Below are positions 1 through 9,752 of a stretch of 64,000 nucleotides of DNA, one piece after another; position 1 is the first letter of the stretch; the number at the start of each line of letters is the position of its first letter. The position numbers and the translations under genes were made by a program. Location: contig CAWGAE010000010.1 in the NCBI GenBank assembly GCA_963820395.1, positions 249,759 to 313,758 on the forward strand, read 5' to 3'. Source of the DNA: an uncultured Actinomycetota bacterium. Lineage in GTDB: Bacteria > Actinomycetota > Actinomycetes > Streptosporangiales > Streptosporangiaceae. The notes under the pieces are model-generated. The model did no database searches. It saw only the letters and a program-made list of their open reading frames with translations, and was not told the origin of the DNA.

Positions 1-415
1 GCAGAAGGTCCCCCCGGTACTGGGCGATGGCCTTAGTGGCATGCACGACGACACCCTCGCCATCGTCGGTCGCTGCCGCCGCTAGGGCAGCCTCGCGCTC
101 GATATCAAAGATGCGCACGTCGACGCGGCACGTCTCGCTGTCACGCCAGCACAGATCCCTGGACGTCACGACGAGTGACGGCTCATCTTCCAGAACCTGC
201 CGCAGGTAGTGCAGCTCGCGGCGCAGATTGGTCAGCGCCTGCGCCTCCGTCGAATCCGGCCAGAACAGTCCCGCGATCCGCTGCCGCGCCTGGGGCGACC
301 CGGCGTGGGTGGCCAGGAAGGCGACGAGGGCAACCGCGCGCGACGACCAGGTCCGGACGTTGCCGGTCGCGTCGTCGGTGATCGCCTGCTCCCCCAAGAG
401 AGACACGTGCAGCAT
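1..415 (-). CDS. SARP/AfsR-type transcriptional regulator (winged-helix + BTAD), N-terminal part; the 3' end lies beyond the window
   Basis: Own translation of the minus strand from ATG 415..413 gives MLHVSLLGEQAITDDATGNVRTWSSRAVALVAFLATHAGSPQARQRIAGLFWPDSTEAQALTNLRRELHYLRQVLEDEPSLV.... An AGGAGG lies 9 nt upstream. The frame is open to position 1, so it is absent from the ORF track. Confidence 0.7.
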   Translation of the reverse strand, partial: MLHVSLLGEQAITDDATGNVRTWSSRAVALVAFLATHAGSPQARQRIAGLFWPDSTEAQALTNLRRELHYLRQVLEDEPSLVVTSRDLCWRDSETCRVDVRIFDIEREAALAAAATDDGEGVVVHATKAIAQYRGDLL

Positions 416-985
416 TCGACGCGGCCTCCTGGACTTCGCCAGCGGACCAGCCTGGTAGCTGAGCGGAAATCCAGGTCTGGCGGAAGGTGAACGGCGAGCT
501 ATCTGGCCTGGGAGCCGTCTTCGATGACACCCCGGCCCTCCATAGGAGCAGGACAACGCCGTCATATGCACGCGCGCTGCTGAAGGTGTGTAGAGCGTGT
601 GAAGATTCGCAGCGGGTTACGCCCTGATCGTTGGCACCGAGACCTCGTCAGCGCCAGGGAAGCTACCAGCGTACAAGCCCCGCCCTGGCATCTACCGGCA
701 CCTGCTAGCCAGGATGCAGACCAAGCCCTCGGCGGCGGGCCGGCAGTCTTCCGATCCGTTCGATATCGGCGGAGTCGTCGCGGTGAGGCTTCGCACTGCA
801 TGGTGCGTGCGGCAGGCGTCCGTGCTCCTCGACTCGACCCGTGGGGCCACTTCCCGATCACGTGCGTAGCATCGCGAGCAACGCCCGAACCATCCTCATG
901 CCGAACGGCTGCCGGGTGGCGGCTGCCGTGCCGTCGGCTGATCCCTGCGGGGGCTTTGGGCTCCGAGCTCGTACGGCCGTTTACC

Positions 986-1867
986 TCAACCCGGCGCGCC
1001 GCCCACGGCGACTGGGCGCGCCGGATCGGTGACCCATTCCGACCAGGAACCGACGTACAGGGCCGCAGGAAAGCCGGCCAGCGTGAGCGCGAGCACTTCC
1101 TGGGCGGCGGTCACCCCGGAGCCGCAGTACGCGCCCGTCAGGGTGTCCCGGCTCGCACCGAGTGACGCGAACCGCGACCGCAGGTCCGCCGGGCTGGTGA
1201 AGCAACCGTCCCCGTCCGTGTTCGCACTGGCTGGCGCGCTCACCGCGCCCGGGATGTGCCCGGCTACCGGATCCACCGGTTCCACCTCACCGCAGTACCG
1301 CTCCGCCGCCCGCGCGTCGAGCAGCACACCATGACGGGCGAGCCGGGCCGACTCATCCGCGTCAAGGACAGCCATGCCGCCGGGCCCCGCGGTGAAATCC
1401 CCCGCGGCAGCCGTCGCGGTCGCGGTGCCTGCCGCGCGGCCGGGTTCACCACGCTCGACCGGCAGGCCTGCGGTGGTCCACGCCAGGTAGCCGCCGTCAA
1501 GCACCTGTACCGCCTGGTGCCCGAAGTACCGCAGGGTCCACCACGCACGGGCCGCCGCGACCGAGTCGGCGTCGTCGTACACGACGACCGGCCGGCCGGC
1601 GCTCACCCCGGCGCGCCGCATGACGGTCTGGAAGCCAGCCGCCGATGGCAGCGGATGCCGCCCACCGGATCCCGGCTGGCCGCACAATTCTGTTGCGAGG
1701 TCGAGGAAGACCGCGCCCGGCAGATGCCCCGCGCGGTAGCTGTCCGCGCCCGGCGGGCCGCCGAGCCGCCAGCGGACATCGAGCACGACCGGCGGCGCGG
1801 GTGCCGCGAGCGCGCGAGCCAGCGCCGGCACGTCAACCAGCGGCTGCGGGGTGCTGCTCACGTCCAC
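986..1867 (-). CDS. sseA: thiosulfate/3-mercaptopyruvate sulfurtransferase (tandem rhodanese domains)
   Basis: 293-aa ORF with rhodanese-type sequence (VLDVRW...YRAGHLPGAVFLD; C-terminal active-site region GAYCGSGVTAA). Confidence 0.85.
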   Translation of the reverse strand: MDVSSTPQPLVDVPALARALAAPAPPVVLDVRWRLGGPPGADSYRAGHLPGAVFLDLATELCGQPGSGGRHPLPSAAGFQTVMRRAGVSAGRPVVVYDDADSVAAARAWWTLRYFGHQAVQVLDGGYLAWTTAGLPVERGEPGRAAGTATATAAAGDFTAGPGGMAVLDADESARLARHGVLLDARAAERYCGEVEPVDPVAGHIPGAVSAPASANTDGDGCFTSPADLRSRFASLGASRDTLTGAYCGSGVTAAQEVLALTLAGFPAALYVGSWSEWVTDPARPVAVGGAPG

Positions 1868-1890
1868 GGGCTGATCAGCTCCGGCACCGG

Positions 1891-3033
1891 TCAGACGGTG
1901 CTGAGCGTGAGCAGTGGGATGAGCTGCTCATCCTGCGTCAGCGAGCCGTGCATGCCGACGAGCGAGGACTCAAGCGGTTCAGCCTTTGTCGCCACGACCG
2001 CCGTCGGGCCATAGGGAGCCGCGACCACGTCCCCGATGCGCGGCTCAAACTTGGCCGCTACCTCACCAAACCAGCCCTGAGTGATCGCCTCCGCCCTGGA
2101 TAGCACGCACACCCGGTCGCCGAGCAGCTCACGCCAGGTGGCAAGGACGTCGCCGGCCGCGCCTGGCTCGGCGTAGACATGCCGCGCCCGTGGCTCGCCG
2201 CCAAGCAGCGCCACACCTTCCCGCAGAGCGGGGACGGCATCCACATCCACGCGGTCGTCCGAACCGACGTCCACCATGCCGTGGTCAGCTGTCACATGAA
2301 GCACCGAACCCTCGGGCAGGCCTGTCGCCAGTTGCTCGGCGAGTTTGTCGACGTGGGCGAGCTGGTAGCGCCATGCGTCGGACGCGATCCCGAATGCGTG
2401 CCCCGTGGCGTCAAGGTGGCCGTGATAGACCACTGCCAGGCTACGGTCGCCGGCGCCCGAGCGCAGCGCTTCCTGCGTCCTTGCCGCGAGCTCGCCGAGG
2501 CTGTTCGCGCCACGGTAGTCAACGCCGCGGGCGAAGGCGGTGGTGAGGCCGCTGCCGCGAAACGCGGACGCGGCCACGTAGCTTGCGTGCACCTTGGCGG
2601 CAGCGGCACGCTGGAAGATTGTCGGTACGGGCTGCCAGACGACCGGATCGACGTCAGGGTCCCAGCGCAGGAGGTTGAGCAGCTTGCCCTCACCCGGCCT
2701 GGCCACCTGGTAACCGAGCATGCCGTGCTCGCCGGGCGGCCGGCCAGTGCCAAGCGAGGTCAGGCTCGTCACCGTGGTCGAGGGGAAGCCTGCCGAGATC
2801 GGCCCACCCGCCGCGGCAAGCTCGGAAAGGAACGGCGCCGCCGCTTGGTGCTCACGGAGCAGTTCCCAGCCGAGGCCGTCCACGACGAGCAGGCACACCC
2901 GGTCAGCGGGCGGCAGGCCGAGCACGTCAGGTTCGCCGGGTACGCGCAGCGAAGTGAGCAGTGAACACGCCAGATCAGGCAGCGTGCCTCTGCCATACGG
3001 CGGCGGGTTGAGCACCCTCGGCTCGTGCGTCAT
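1891..3033 (-). CDS. alkaline phosphatase / nucleotide pyrophosphatase family protein
   Basis: The ORF contains LLVVDGLGWELL...GFPSTTVTSLTSLGTG...HGHLDATGH, typical of type I phosphodiesterase/AP-superfamily metal sites. The start is moved to the internal ATG at 3033 (MTHEPRV) so that it does not overlap the upstream gene. Confidence 0.8.
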   Translation of the reverse strand: MTHEPRVLNPPPYGRGTLPDLACSLLTSLRVPGEPDVLGLPPADRVCLLVVDGLGWELLREHQAAAPFLSELAAAGGPISAGFPSTTVTSLTSLGTGRPPGEHGMLGYQVARPGEGKLLNLLRWDPDVDPVVWQPVPTIFQRAAAAKVHASYVAASAFRGSGLTTAFARGVDYRGANSLGELAARTQEALRSGAGDRSLAVVYHGHLDATGHAFGIASDAWRYQLAHVDKLAEQLATGLPEGSVLHVTADHGMVDVGSDDRVDVDAVPALREGVALLGGEPRARHVYAEPGAAGDVLATWRELLGDRVCVLSRAEAITQGWFGEVAAKFEPRIGDVVAAPYGPTAVVATKAEPLESSLVGMHGSLTQDEQLIPLLTLSTV

Positions 3034-3197
3034 GCGGGGGCAGTCCTCCGGGTGGCGTCGGCCATCAGCCTGATTGTCGTGCCACTGCGGTGTGGCCTGG
3101 GCAAAGCGGGTGGTCGAAAGCGCCGGGTTGCTGAGCGGTACCGGTCCACGACCGCAAGGAGCGGTCAGACGCTTAACAGCGCCGCGAGCCGGACCCA

Positions 3198-3797
3198 TCA
3201 GGCCCCGAGCCGCGCGGTGGCCGAAGAAAGCGCCTCCGCGAACGCGAGCACCTGCGTGACACCCTCCGCGCCGTCCGCGGCCTCGCTGACCCGGAGAGTC
3301 AGGTCATCCGTCGTGATCGTGCCAGTATAGCCGTGGTCGGCGTCGCAGCTCTCGTCGCCGCAATGCGCTGGCTCGAGTTCCACGTGCGACAGCACGTTCC
3401 AGCCGATGGCAAGCATCACCTCGGTTGGTGTGGTCACGCCGCTTATGTAGGACGCCGGATCCGCGACCACACGGGTGATCGCGACGGACTGGATCCTTGA
3501 GAACCGCACGGCCTCTGTACTCGTCTCGGCGCTCGGCGCCTCGTCCTCCTCCGCGGGATGCTCGTCGGTGTGGCTGTAGATCAGCCTGCTCGGCGTGAGC
3601 ACGAGCACCGTGATGTGGCGGCGTACCTCCATCGCCGGGTCGAATATGGCGTCGTGGTGTACGACGTAGGCCATGACCTGCTCGGAACCAAGCGCGGACG
3701 CGACCGCGTCGGTGACCAGCCCGGGGTAGTAGCCGGTGCGCTCGATCGCCGCACGCAGGTCATCGGCCGCAGCTCGGGTATCCCTCATACCTTCCAT
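3198..3797 (-). CDS. DUF5998-like conserved actinobacterial protein
   Basis: 199-aa ORF (RAAIERTGYYPGLVTDAVASALGSEQVMAYVVHHD...). I recall this family occurring beside the AP-family gene in actinomycetes; the family name is from memory. Confidence 0.65.
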   Translation of the reverse strand: MEGMRDTRAAADDLRAAIERTGYYPGLVTDAVASALGSEQVMAYVVHHDAIFDPAMEVRRHITVLVLTPSRLIYSHTDEHPAEEDEAPSAETSTEAVRFSRIQSVAITRVVADPASYISGVTTPTEVMLAIGWNVLSHVELEPAHCGDESCDADHGYTGTITTDDLTLRVSEAADGAEGVTQVLAFAEALSSATARLGA

Positions 3798-3930
3798 CCT
3801 GCACCGTCAGCGGGCCAGGTTTCACCTGCGCGGCAGGTATGAGATCATTACGTTGCGGCGGCAACCGTAGCAGCGCCGGATGCGGTGCGGGCGGTGCTGC
3901 GTGCGTGCGTAGCATCTAAGCTGGTCGGCC

Positions 3931-4743
3931 ATGGTATGGGACGGGCCCAGGCTCGCGGTCAGCCTGCTGTCGGTGCTCCCTTCGTGGGGCAGCATGGACA
4001 GCAGGGTCAGCAGGGAAACGGCCGCGGCGGCTATGGCATGGGCTCCCGCCGTCGGCCTGACCCTTGGCGCGGCCGCTGCCGCTGTGCTCCTCGGCGCAGA
4101 TCGCCTGCTGCGCGCGGGGCCGCTCCTCAGCTCCGTGCTCGCCGTCTCGACGCTCGCGCTGCTGACCCGCGGGCTGCACCTGGACGGCCTGGCCGACTTC
4201 GCTGATGGCCTTGGCGGCGGCAAGACCGCGACCCAGGCGCTCGACATCATGCAACGCTCCGATATCGGGCCGTTCGGCGTCGCAACGCTAGTGCTCACGC
4301 TTCTCGTTCAGGTCGCCGCGCTCGCCCAGGCACAGGCTCGCGGAGCGGCGGGCACCGTCGGCAACACAGCCTCCGCCGGTCATGGCGCCGCGGCGCTCGT
4401 GACCGCGACGGTGGCCGGCCGCCTGGCGATCACCTGGGCGTGCCGCCGCGGCGTCCCCGCCGCCAGGCCACACGGGCTTGGCGCGCTCGTCGCGGGCACC
4501 CTGCCAGCGGCGGTGCCCGCCGTGCTGACGGCCATAGTGCTCGGCCTTGCCGCGCTCTGCGGCCGGCTCCTCGCCGCGCCGTCGGGCGATTGGCTGCTGC
4601 CCGTCGGAATCGCCGCTGGGCTGGCCATCTCGCTCGTGCTGACCGGTCACGCCGTGCGAAGGCTCGGCGGAATCACCGGTGATGTGCTCGGCGCGCTCAC
4701 CGAGATAGCCACGGCCGTTTGCCTGATCGTGACGGCGGCGTGA
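3931..4743 (+). CDS. cobS: adenosylcobinamide-GDP ribazoletransferase (cobalamin synthase)
   Basis: Polytopic membrane ORF carrying the CobS signature GLHLDGLADFADGLGGG...DIGPFGV. Confidence 0.85.
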   Translation: MVWDGPRLAVSLLSVLPSWGSMDSRVSRETAAAAMAWAPAVGLTLGAAAAAVLLGADRLLRAGPLLSSVLAVSTLALLTRGLHLDGLADFADGLGGGKTATQALDIMQRSDIGPFGVATLVLTLLVQVAALAQAQARGAAGTVGNTASAGHGAAALVTATVAGRLAITWACRRGVPAARPHGLGALVAGTLPAAVPAVLTAIVLGLAALCGRLLAAPSGDWLLPVGIAAGLAISLVLTGHAVRRLGGITGDVLGALTEIATAVCLIVTAA

Positions 4744-4962
4744 CCACGCCCGGCCGCCGCGGCGTATTGCCGGTCACCATGGTCAGGCCACCACGGACCG
4801 ATGCGGGATACCCCATCCCGGCCCGCGCGAGCCCTCCAAGGGGCATGACGGCGGCGTGACCACGCCCGGGCGCCGCGGCGTATTGTCGGTCACCATGGTC
4901 AGGCCACCACGGACCGATGCGGGATACTTCACCCGGCCCGCGCGAGTCCTGGCAGGGGCGAT
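4731..4962. repeat. 116-bp tandem duplication (2 copies, about 93% identical) that includes the last codons and stop of cobS
   Basis: GACGGCGGCGTGACCACGCCCGG...GGTCACCATGGTCAGGCCACCACGGACCGATGCGGGATA starts at 4731 and again at 4847. Confidence 0.9.
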
Positions 4963-4974
4963 CAGGGGCGCCTG

Positions 4975-6153
4975 ATGCTGCTGCCTCCGGAGATCACGAC
5001 ACCTGTGCTCCTCGTGGACCAGGCGCGACTTGAACGCAACCTGCGGGACATGGCCGACTCAGCAGCCGGGCGAGGGATGCGCCTGCGGCCGCACGCGAAG
5101 ACCCACAAAACGGCACAAATCGGACGTCTCCAGCTCGGCCTGGGCGCGGTGGGCCTTACTGTGGCGACAATCGGCGAGGCCGAAAAATTCGCCGCTGCCG
5201 GCGTGGCCGATCTTTTCATCGCCTATCCGGTTTGGCCCTCACCCGCGCGGGTGAGCCGCATCGAGGTACTGGCAGAGCGGGTGCGGCTCCGTCTGGCGGT
5301 GGAGTCGACCGAAGCGGCCGCAGGGCTGGCCAGGCTTTCCCGTCTCACTAGGCCACCCGAGATCCTCATCGAGATCGACAGCGGGCACCACCGGACCGGA
5401 GTAACGGCGGGCCAGGCCGGCGAGGTGGCACTCAGCATCGCACGGGCCGGCCTACCGCTCGCGGGAGTCTTCACGTTCCCCGGCCACGGCTATACACCCG
5501 GCGGGCGTGAGCAGGCCGCGGCGGAGGAGGCGGCGGCACTTGCCGAGGCATCCGAGGTACTGCTGGCGGCCGGCGTTGAGCCTACGCGCGCTGGCGGCGC
5601 AGAGCGGGATCGCGGGGCTGACGCCGCAGAGCCTGACGAGGGCACAGAGCCTGCCGGCGGGGCTGGCGGCCGGGGTCCAGGCTATGAGCGCAGCGGCGGA
5701 TCTACGCCGACCGCGACGGTGCGAGCCCACCCGCCGCCGACCGAGATACGACCCGGCGTCTACGTCTTCAACGACGCACAGCAACTTGAACTGGGTGTCT
5801 GCGGCAGGGAGCAGATCGCGCTCGCCGCCGCGGCTACCGTGGTGAGCCGGCACAACCCCGGCCGATTCGTTCTCGACTCGGGCAGCAAGGTGCTCGGTGC
5901 GGACCGCCAGCCGTGGAGCACTGGATTCGGACGCTTGCTGAACTGGCCAGACGCCCGGATCGTGGCCGTCTCTGAGCACCATGCGACGGTCGTATTGCCG
6001 CCGGGCTCCGCGGGACCCGAGCTCGGCGAGGCCCTCGCCGTCATCCCGAACCACGTCTGCACTGCGGTCAACCTCGCCGATGAGCTGCTCATCATGCGCG
6101 ACGGCCGCGTGGTTGACGCCTGGACGGTGATGGCGCGCGGCGTCAATTCCTGA
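4975..6153 (+). CDS. PLP-dependent D-serine dehydratase-like / D-threonine aldolase family enzyme (alanine racemase N-terminal fold)
   Basis: RPHAKTHKTAQIG (PLP-lysine context), LTVATIGEAE, SGGSTPT and the C-terminal HHATV...IPNHVC motif. Contains an extra Gly/Asp/Glu-rich segment encoded about 5575-5700. Confidence 0.75.
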   Translation: MLLPPEITTPVLLVDQARLERNLRDMADSAAGRGMRLRPHAKTHKTAQIGRLQLGLGAVGLTVATIGEAEKFAAAGVADLFIAYPVWPSPARVSRIEVLAERVRLRLAVESTEAAAGLARLSRLTRPPEILIEIDSGHHRTGVTAGQAGEVALSIARAGLPLAGVFTFPGHGYTPGGREQAAAEEAAALAEASEVLLAAGVEPTRAGGAERDRGADAAEPDEGTEPAGGAGGRGPGYERSGGSTPTATVRAHPPPTEIRPGVYVFNDAQQLELGVCGREQIALAAAATVVSRHNPGRFVLDSGSKVLGADRQPWSTGFGRLLNWPDARIVAVSEHHATVVLPPGSAGPELGEALAVIPNHVCTAVNLADELLIMRDGRVVDAWTVMARGVNS

Positions 6154-6563
6154 GGGGTAAGGTCTCGACGTCTCGCCGCACCGCCAACCGTGCCGGAGCG
6201 GAAGCCGAGCGGGATCTCGTCGGCCGCAAGGACAACTATCACCACGTAACAACGACCGGACCCACGGCAATCACATCAGCTACATCAGCCCGGGCACGGC
6301 TACGCGCCAGCCAAACGGTCACGCGGTTAGCCAGGGTTGCGCGGCCAGCGGACGGTCACGCGGCCAGCCAGACGGCCCCGCCGTCGGCGAAAGAGATCGA
6401 GAACCGGCGACTACGCCCCGTGGCTTGGGGCCTGTCCGCCGAGGCTGTGCACCCGGGCATGGCCGGCCCCGGCTTGGGCCGTGCCCGGGCAGGCGCTGGT
6501 CTGCGGCGGTTGCTGCCGTGCGCCGCGCATCTGGCGCAGGGCACTAACATCGGCAAGGTGAGC

Positions 6564-8111
6564 ATGACGATCTCAAGGGCTGGCGCGACGATCTCGGCGG
6601 TATCCGCCTCCCCCCGTTCGCTCGACGTTGACGCCATCGTGATCGGCGTGATCGAAGGCGCAGACGGCCCACGTACCGCGCCAGGCGCGGAACAGGTGGC
6701 GGAGGCGCTCGGCGGGGAACTCACGAGCACCCTGGCCGTTCTTGGCGCAACAGGAAAGGCCGAGGAAGTCACCAAGGTCCCGGCCGGAGGGCGCCTGAGG
6801 GCCCCCCTCATCGCCGTGGTCGGGCTAGGTCAGCCGACCGGCACAGGTGCAGGTGATGCGCTCCGCGCCCGCGAGGCGCTCAGGCGCGCTGCGGGCGCAG
6901 CTGTCCGCGCGCTGAGCGCACACCGGGGTGCCACCGGCCACGGCAGCCAGCGCCGTATCGGTCTCGCGCTGCCCGCGAGGGACGCCACCGAGGCGGCGGA
7001 CGTCGCGCTCGGCGCGCTGCTCGGGAGCTATGAATTCGGCAGGTACCGGTCGGAGAGCCGCTCACCCGCGCCCGACCTGATCGTGCTCTCCGACGGCGAG
7101 GGCGCAGCGGCCGGCGTTGAGACGGCGCGGGTTATCGCGGAAGCGATAGGGCTCGTGCGCGACCTGGTCAATACGGCGCCCGCCGACCTGACCCCGCGCG
7201 ACTTCGCCGCGGAGGCGCAGCGGGTGGCCGCGGCCTGCGGGCTCAGCGCGGACGTGCTCGGAGTCGAGGAACTCACCGAGCAGGGCTACGGCGGGATCCT
7301 CGGCGTTGGCCAGGGATCGGTGCACCCGCCCCGGCTCGTGCGCCTTCAGTACACGCATCCGGCGGCGCAGCGGACGGTGGTGCTCGCAGGCAAGGGGATC
7401 ACGTTCGACTCCGGTGGCCTTTCACTCAAGCCGCCCGCGGCCATGGAGATCATGAAATCCGACATGGGTGGGGCTGCGGCGGTGCTCGGCGCCATGCAGG
7501 CGATCGCCGCACTGCGGCCGGCCGTGCGGGTGGTCGGTTACCTGCCGCTCGCGGAGAACATGCCGAGTGGTACGGCGCAGCGGCCGTCCGACGTGCTCAC
7601 CACCTATGGCGGCAGAACCGTCGAGGTGCTCAACACCGACGCGGAAGGCCGACTCGTGCTCGCGGACGTCCTCGCCCGCTCTTCCGCTGACGCACCGGCG
7701 TTGCTCATCGACGTCGCCACCCTGACGGGCTCGCAACTGGTCGCGCTCGGTCGCCGCATCAGCGCCGTGATGGCCAGCGACGACGCGGTGCGCGAAGCGG
7801 TGGTGGACGCCGCGGGGCGGGCCGGCGAAGCGATGTGGCCGATGCCGCTACCCGGTGAACTGCGCAGGTCGCTCGACTCTACGGTGGCGGACATCGCGAA
7901 CGTGGCTGCGGACAAGAACGCAGGCATGCTCGTCGCCGGGGTGTTTCTCCGCGAATTCGTCCCTAGCGGCGTGCGCTGGGCGCACCTGGACATCGCCGGC
8001 CCCTCTTTCAATGACGGTGAGGCCTACGGTTACACGCCCAAGGGCGGGACCGGTGCGGCCACTCGGACGCTGATCCAGATCGCGGAGGACGTGGCGGATG
8101 GACGTCTGTGA
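6564..8111 (+). CDS. pepA: leucyl aminopeptidase (M17)
   Basis: M17 signatures VLAGKGITFDSGGLSLKP and NTDAEGRLVLAD. The start is moved to ATG 6564 (MTISRAG...); a GTG at 6558 is also possible. Confidence 0.9.
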   Translation: MTISRAGATISAVSASPRSLDVDAIVIGVIEGADGPRTAPGAEQVAEALGGELTSTLAVLGATGKAEEVTKVPAGGRLRAPLIAVVGLGQPTGTGAGDALRAREALRRAAGAAVRALSAHRGATGHGSQRRIGLALPARDATEAADVALGALLGSYEFGRYRSESRSPAPDLIVLSDGEGAAAGVETARVIAEAIGLVRDLVNTAPADLTPRDFAAEAQRVAAACGLSADVLGVEELTEQGYGGILGVGQGSVHPPRLVRLQYTHPAAQRTVVLAGKGITFDSGGLSLKPPAAMEIMKSDMGGAAAVLGAMQAIAALRPAVRVVGYLPLAENMPSGTAQRPSDVLTTYGGRTVEVLNTDAEGRLVLADVLARSSADAPALLIDVATLTGSQLVALGRRISAVMASDDAVREAVVDAAGRAGEAMWPMPLPGELRRSLDSTVADIANVAADKNAGMLVAGVFLREFVPSGVRWAHLDIAGPSFNDGEAYGYTPKGGTGAATRTLIQIAEDVADGRL

Positions 8112-8257
8112 CAGGACAATTGAGCCGGGTGGCGGCCGCGCACCGCGCGCGGGCAGCCACTGGCCGGCGCCCCGGCAAGGCCGCAGGTCCGGGACCTGGA
8201 TAGCGCCCGCACAGCCGGGCACGCCACGTTACGTTCGAATTCGATAAGGAGCCTTCT

Positions 8258-9637
8258 GTGGCGAATGACAACGCCTACGACATTGTCGTCCTAGGCGGCG
8301 GCAGCGGCGGCTACGCGTGCGCGTTCCGCGCGGCCGAACTCGGCAAGCGGGTTGCGCTCATCGAGAAGGACAAGGTCGGCGGCACCTGCTTGCACCGCGG
8401 CTGCATCCCTACCAAGGCGCTCCTGCACGCCGCCGAGATCGCTGATCAGGCACGGGAGAGCGAGACCTTCGGCATCAAGACCCGGTTCGAGGGTGTGGAG
8501 ATGCCCGGCGTCCACGCCTACAAGGACAGGGTCGTCACCCGCCTCTGGAGAGGGCTGCAGGGCCTTGTCCGCAGCCACGGCATCGACTTCGTCGAGGGCG
8601 AGGGCCGGCTCGTCTCGCCGACCCAGGTCCTGGTCGGGGACACCGTCTTCGAGGGCGCCCACCTAGTGCTCGCGACGGGCTCGCAGGCGAAGAGCCTGCC
8701 AGGGCTCGAACTTGACGGCGAGCGGATAATCACCAGCGACGAGGCGCTCATGCTCGACCGGGTACCCCAGTCTGTGGTCATTCTCGGCGGTGGCGTCATC
8801 GGGGTCGAGTTCGCCAGTGTGTGGCGGTCCTTCGGGGCCGAGGTGACGATCGTCGAGATGCTCCCCCACCTCGTGCCGACCGAGGAGGAATCGAGTTCGA
8901 AGCTGCTGGAGCGCGCGTTCAGGCGGCGCGGCATCTCCTACGAACTGGGCGCGAGATTCGAGAGCGTCAAGAACTCCGGCAGCAGTGTCACGGTCTCGCT
9001 CGAAGGCGGCAAGACGCTCGAAGCCGAACTGCTGCTGGTAGCCGTCGGCCGCGGTCCCGTCTCGGCCGGGCTAGGTTATGAGCAGGCCGGAGTGGAGCTC
9101 GAACGCGGTTTCGTCACGGTCGACGCGCTCTGCCGGACTAACATCCCGACGATCTCCGCGGTTGGCGATCTCATCGCGACCCCGCAACTCGCGCATGTCG
9201 GCTTCGCCGAAGGGATCATGGCCTCCGAGCGGCTCGGCGGGCTCAATCCAGCCCCGATCGACTACGACGGCGCACCGCGCGTCACCTACAGCGAACCGGA
9301 AGTGGCGTCGGTGGGCATTACCTCTGCCATGGCGGCCCAGCGCGGCATCGAAGTCGAGGAATTCACCTACGACCTGGCCGGCAACGGCAGGAGCCAGATC
9401 CTCCAGACGCGCGGCGCGGCGAAGGTTATCGCCACCGCCGGCGGCGGCCCCGTGGTGGGCGTGCACCTCGTTGGCAGCCGGGTCGGCGAGCTGATCGCCG
9501 AGGGCCAGCTGATCTACAACTGGGAGGCCCTGCCTACCGACGTCGCGCAGCTCATTCATCCGCACCCGACGCAGTCCGAGGCACTTGGCGAGGCGCACCT
9601 GGCCCTCGCGGGCAAGCCGTTGCACGTGCATGGGTAG
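8258..9637 (+). CDS. lpdA: dihydrolipoyl dehydrogenase (E3)
   Basis: GGGSGGY FAD site, redox-active GGTCLHRGCIPTK and C-terminal HPHPTQSE interface motif. AAGGAG lies upstream of the GTG start. Confidence 0.92.
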   Translation: MANDNAYDIVVLGGGSGGYACAFRAAELGKRVALIEKDKVGGTCLHRGCIPTKALLHAAEIADQARESETFGIKTRFEGVEMPGVHAYKDRVVTRLWRGLQGLVRSHGIDFVEGEGRLVSPTQVLVGDTVFEGAHLVLATGSQAKSLPGLELDGERIITSDEALMLDRVPQSVVILGGGVIGVEFASVWRSFGAEVTIVEMLPHLVPTEEESSSKLLERAFRRRGISYELGARFESVKNSGSSVTVSLEGGKTLEAELLLVAVGRGPVSAGLGYEQAGVELERGFVTVDALCRTNIPTISAVGDLIATPQLAHVGFAEGIMASERLGGLNPAPIDYDGAPRVTYSEPEVASVGITSAMAAQRGIEVEEFTYDLAGNGRSQILQTRGAAKVIATAGGGPVVGVHLVGSRVGELIAEGQLIYNWEALPTDVAQLIHPHPTQSEALGEAHLALAGKPLHVHG

Positions 9638-9752
9638 GGCTACAAGGCACTGACCGGCACTTGCCGGCCAGGCTCAGAAGCAGACTGAAGAGCGGTGCAA
9701 GAGGTACCAGCAATACGATTACGAGCCGTTTGCCGAAGGAGTCGCTGAAACC

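Noticed and set aside
599-985. A 560-nt gap between the SARP gene and the rhodanese gene contains the track ORFs 599..1165(+) and 562..861(-).
   Set aside because: Their translations are low-complexity and overlap the rhodanese gene or each other. I could not find a promoter, RNA motif or repeat here that I can support.
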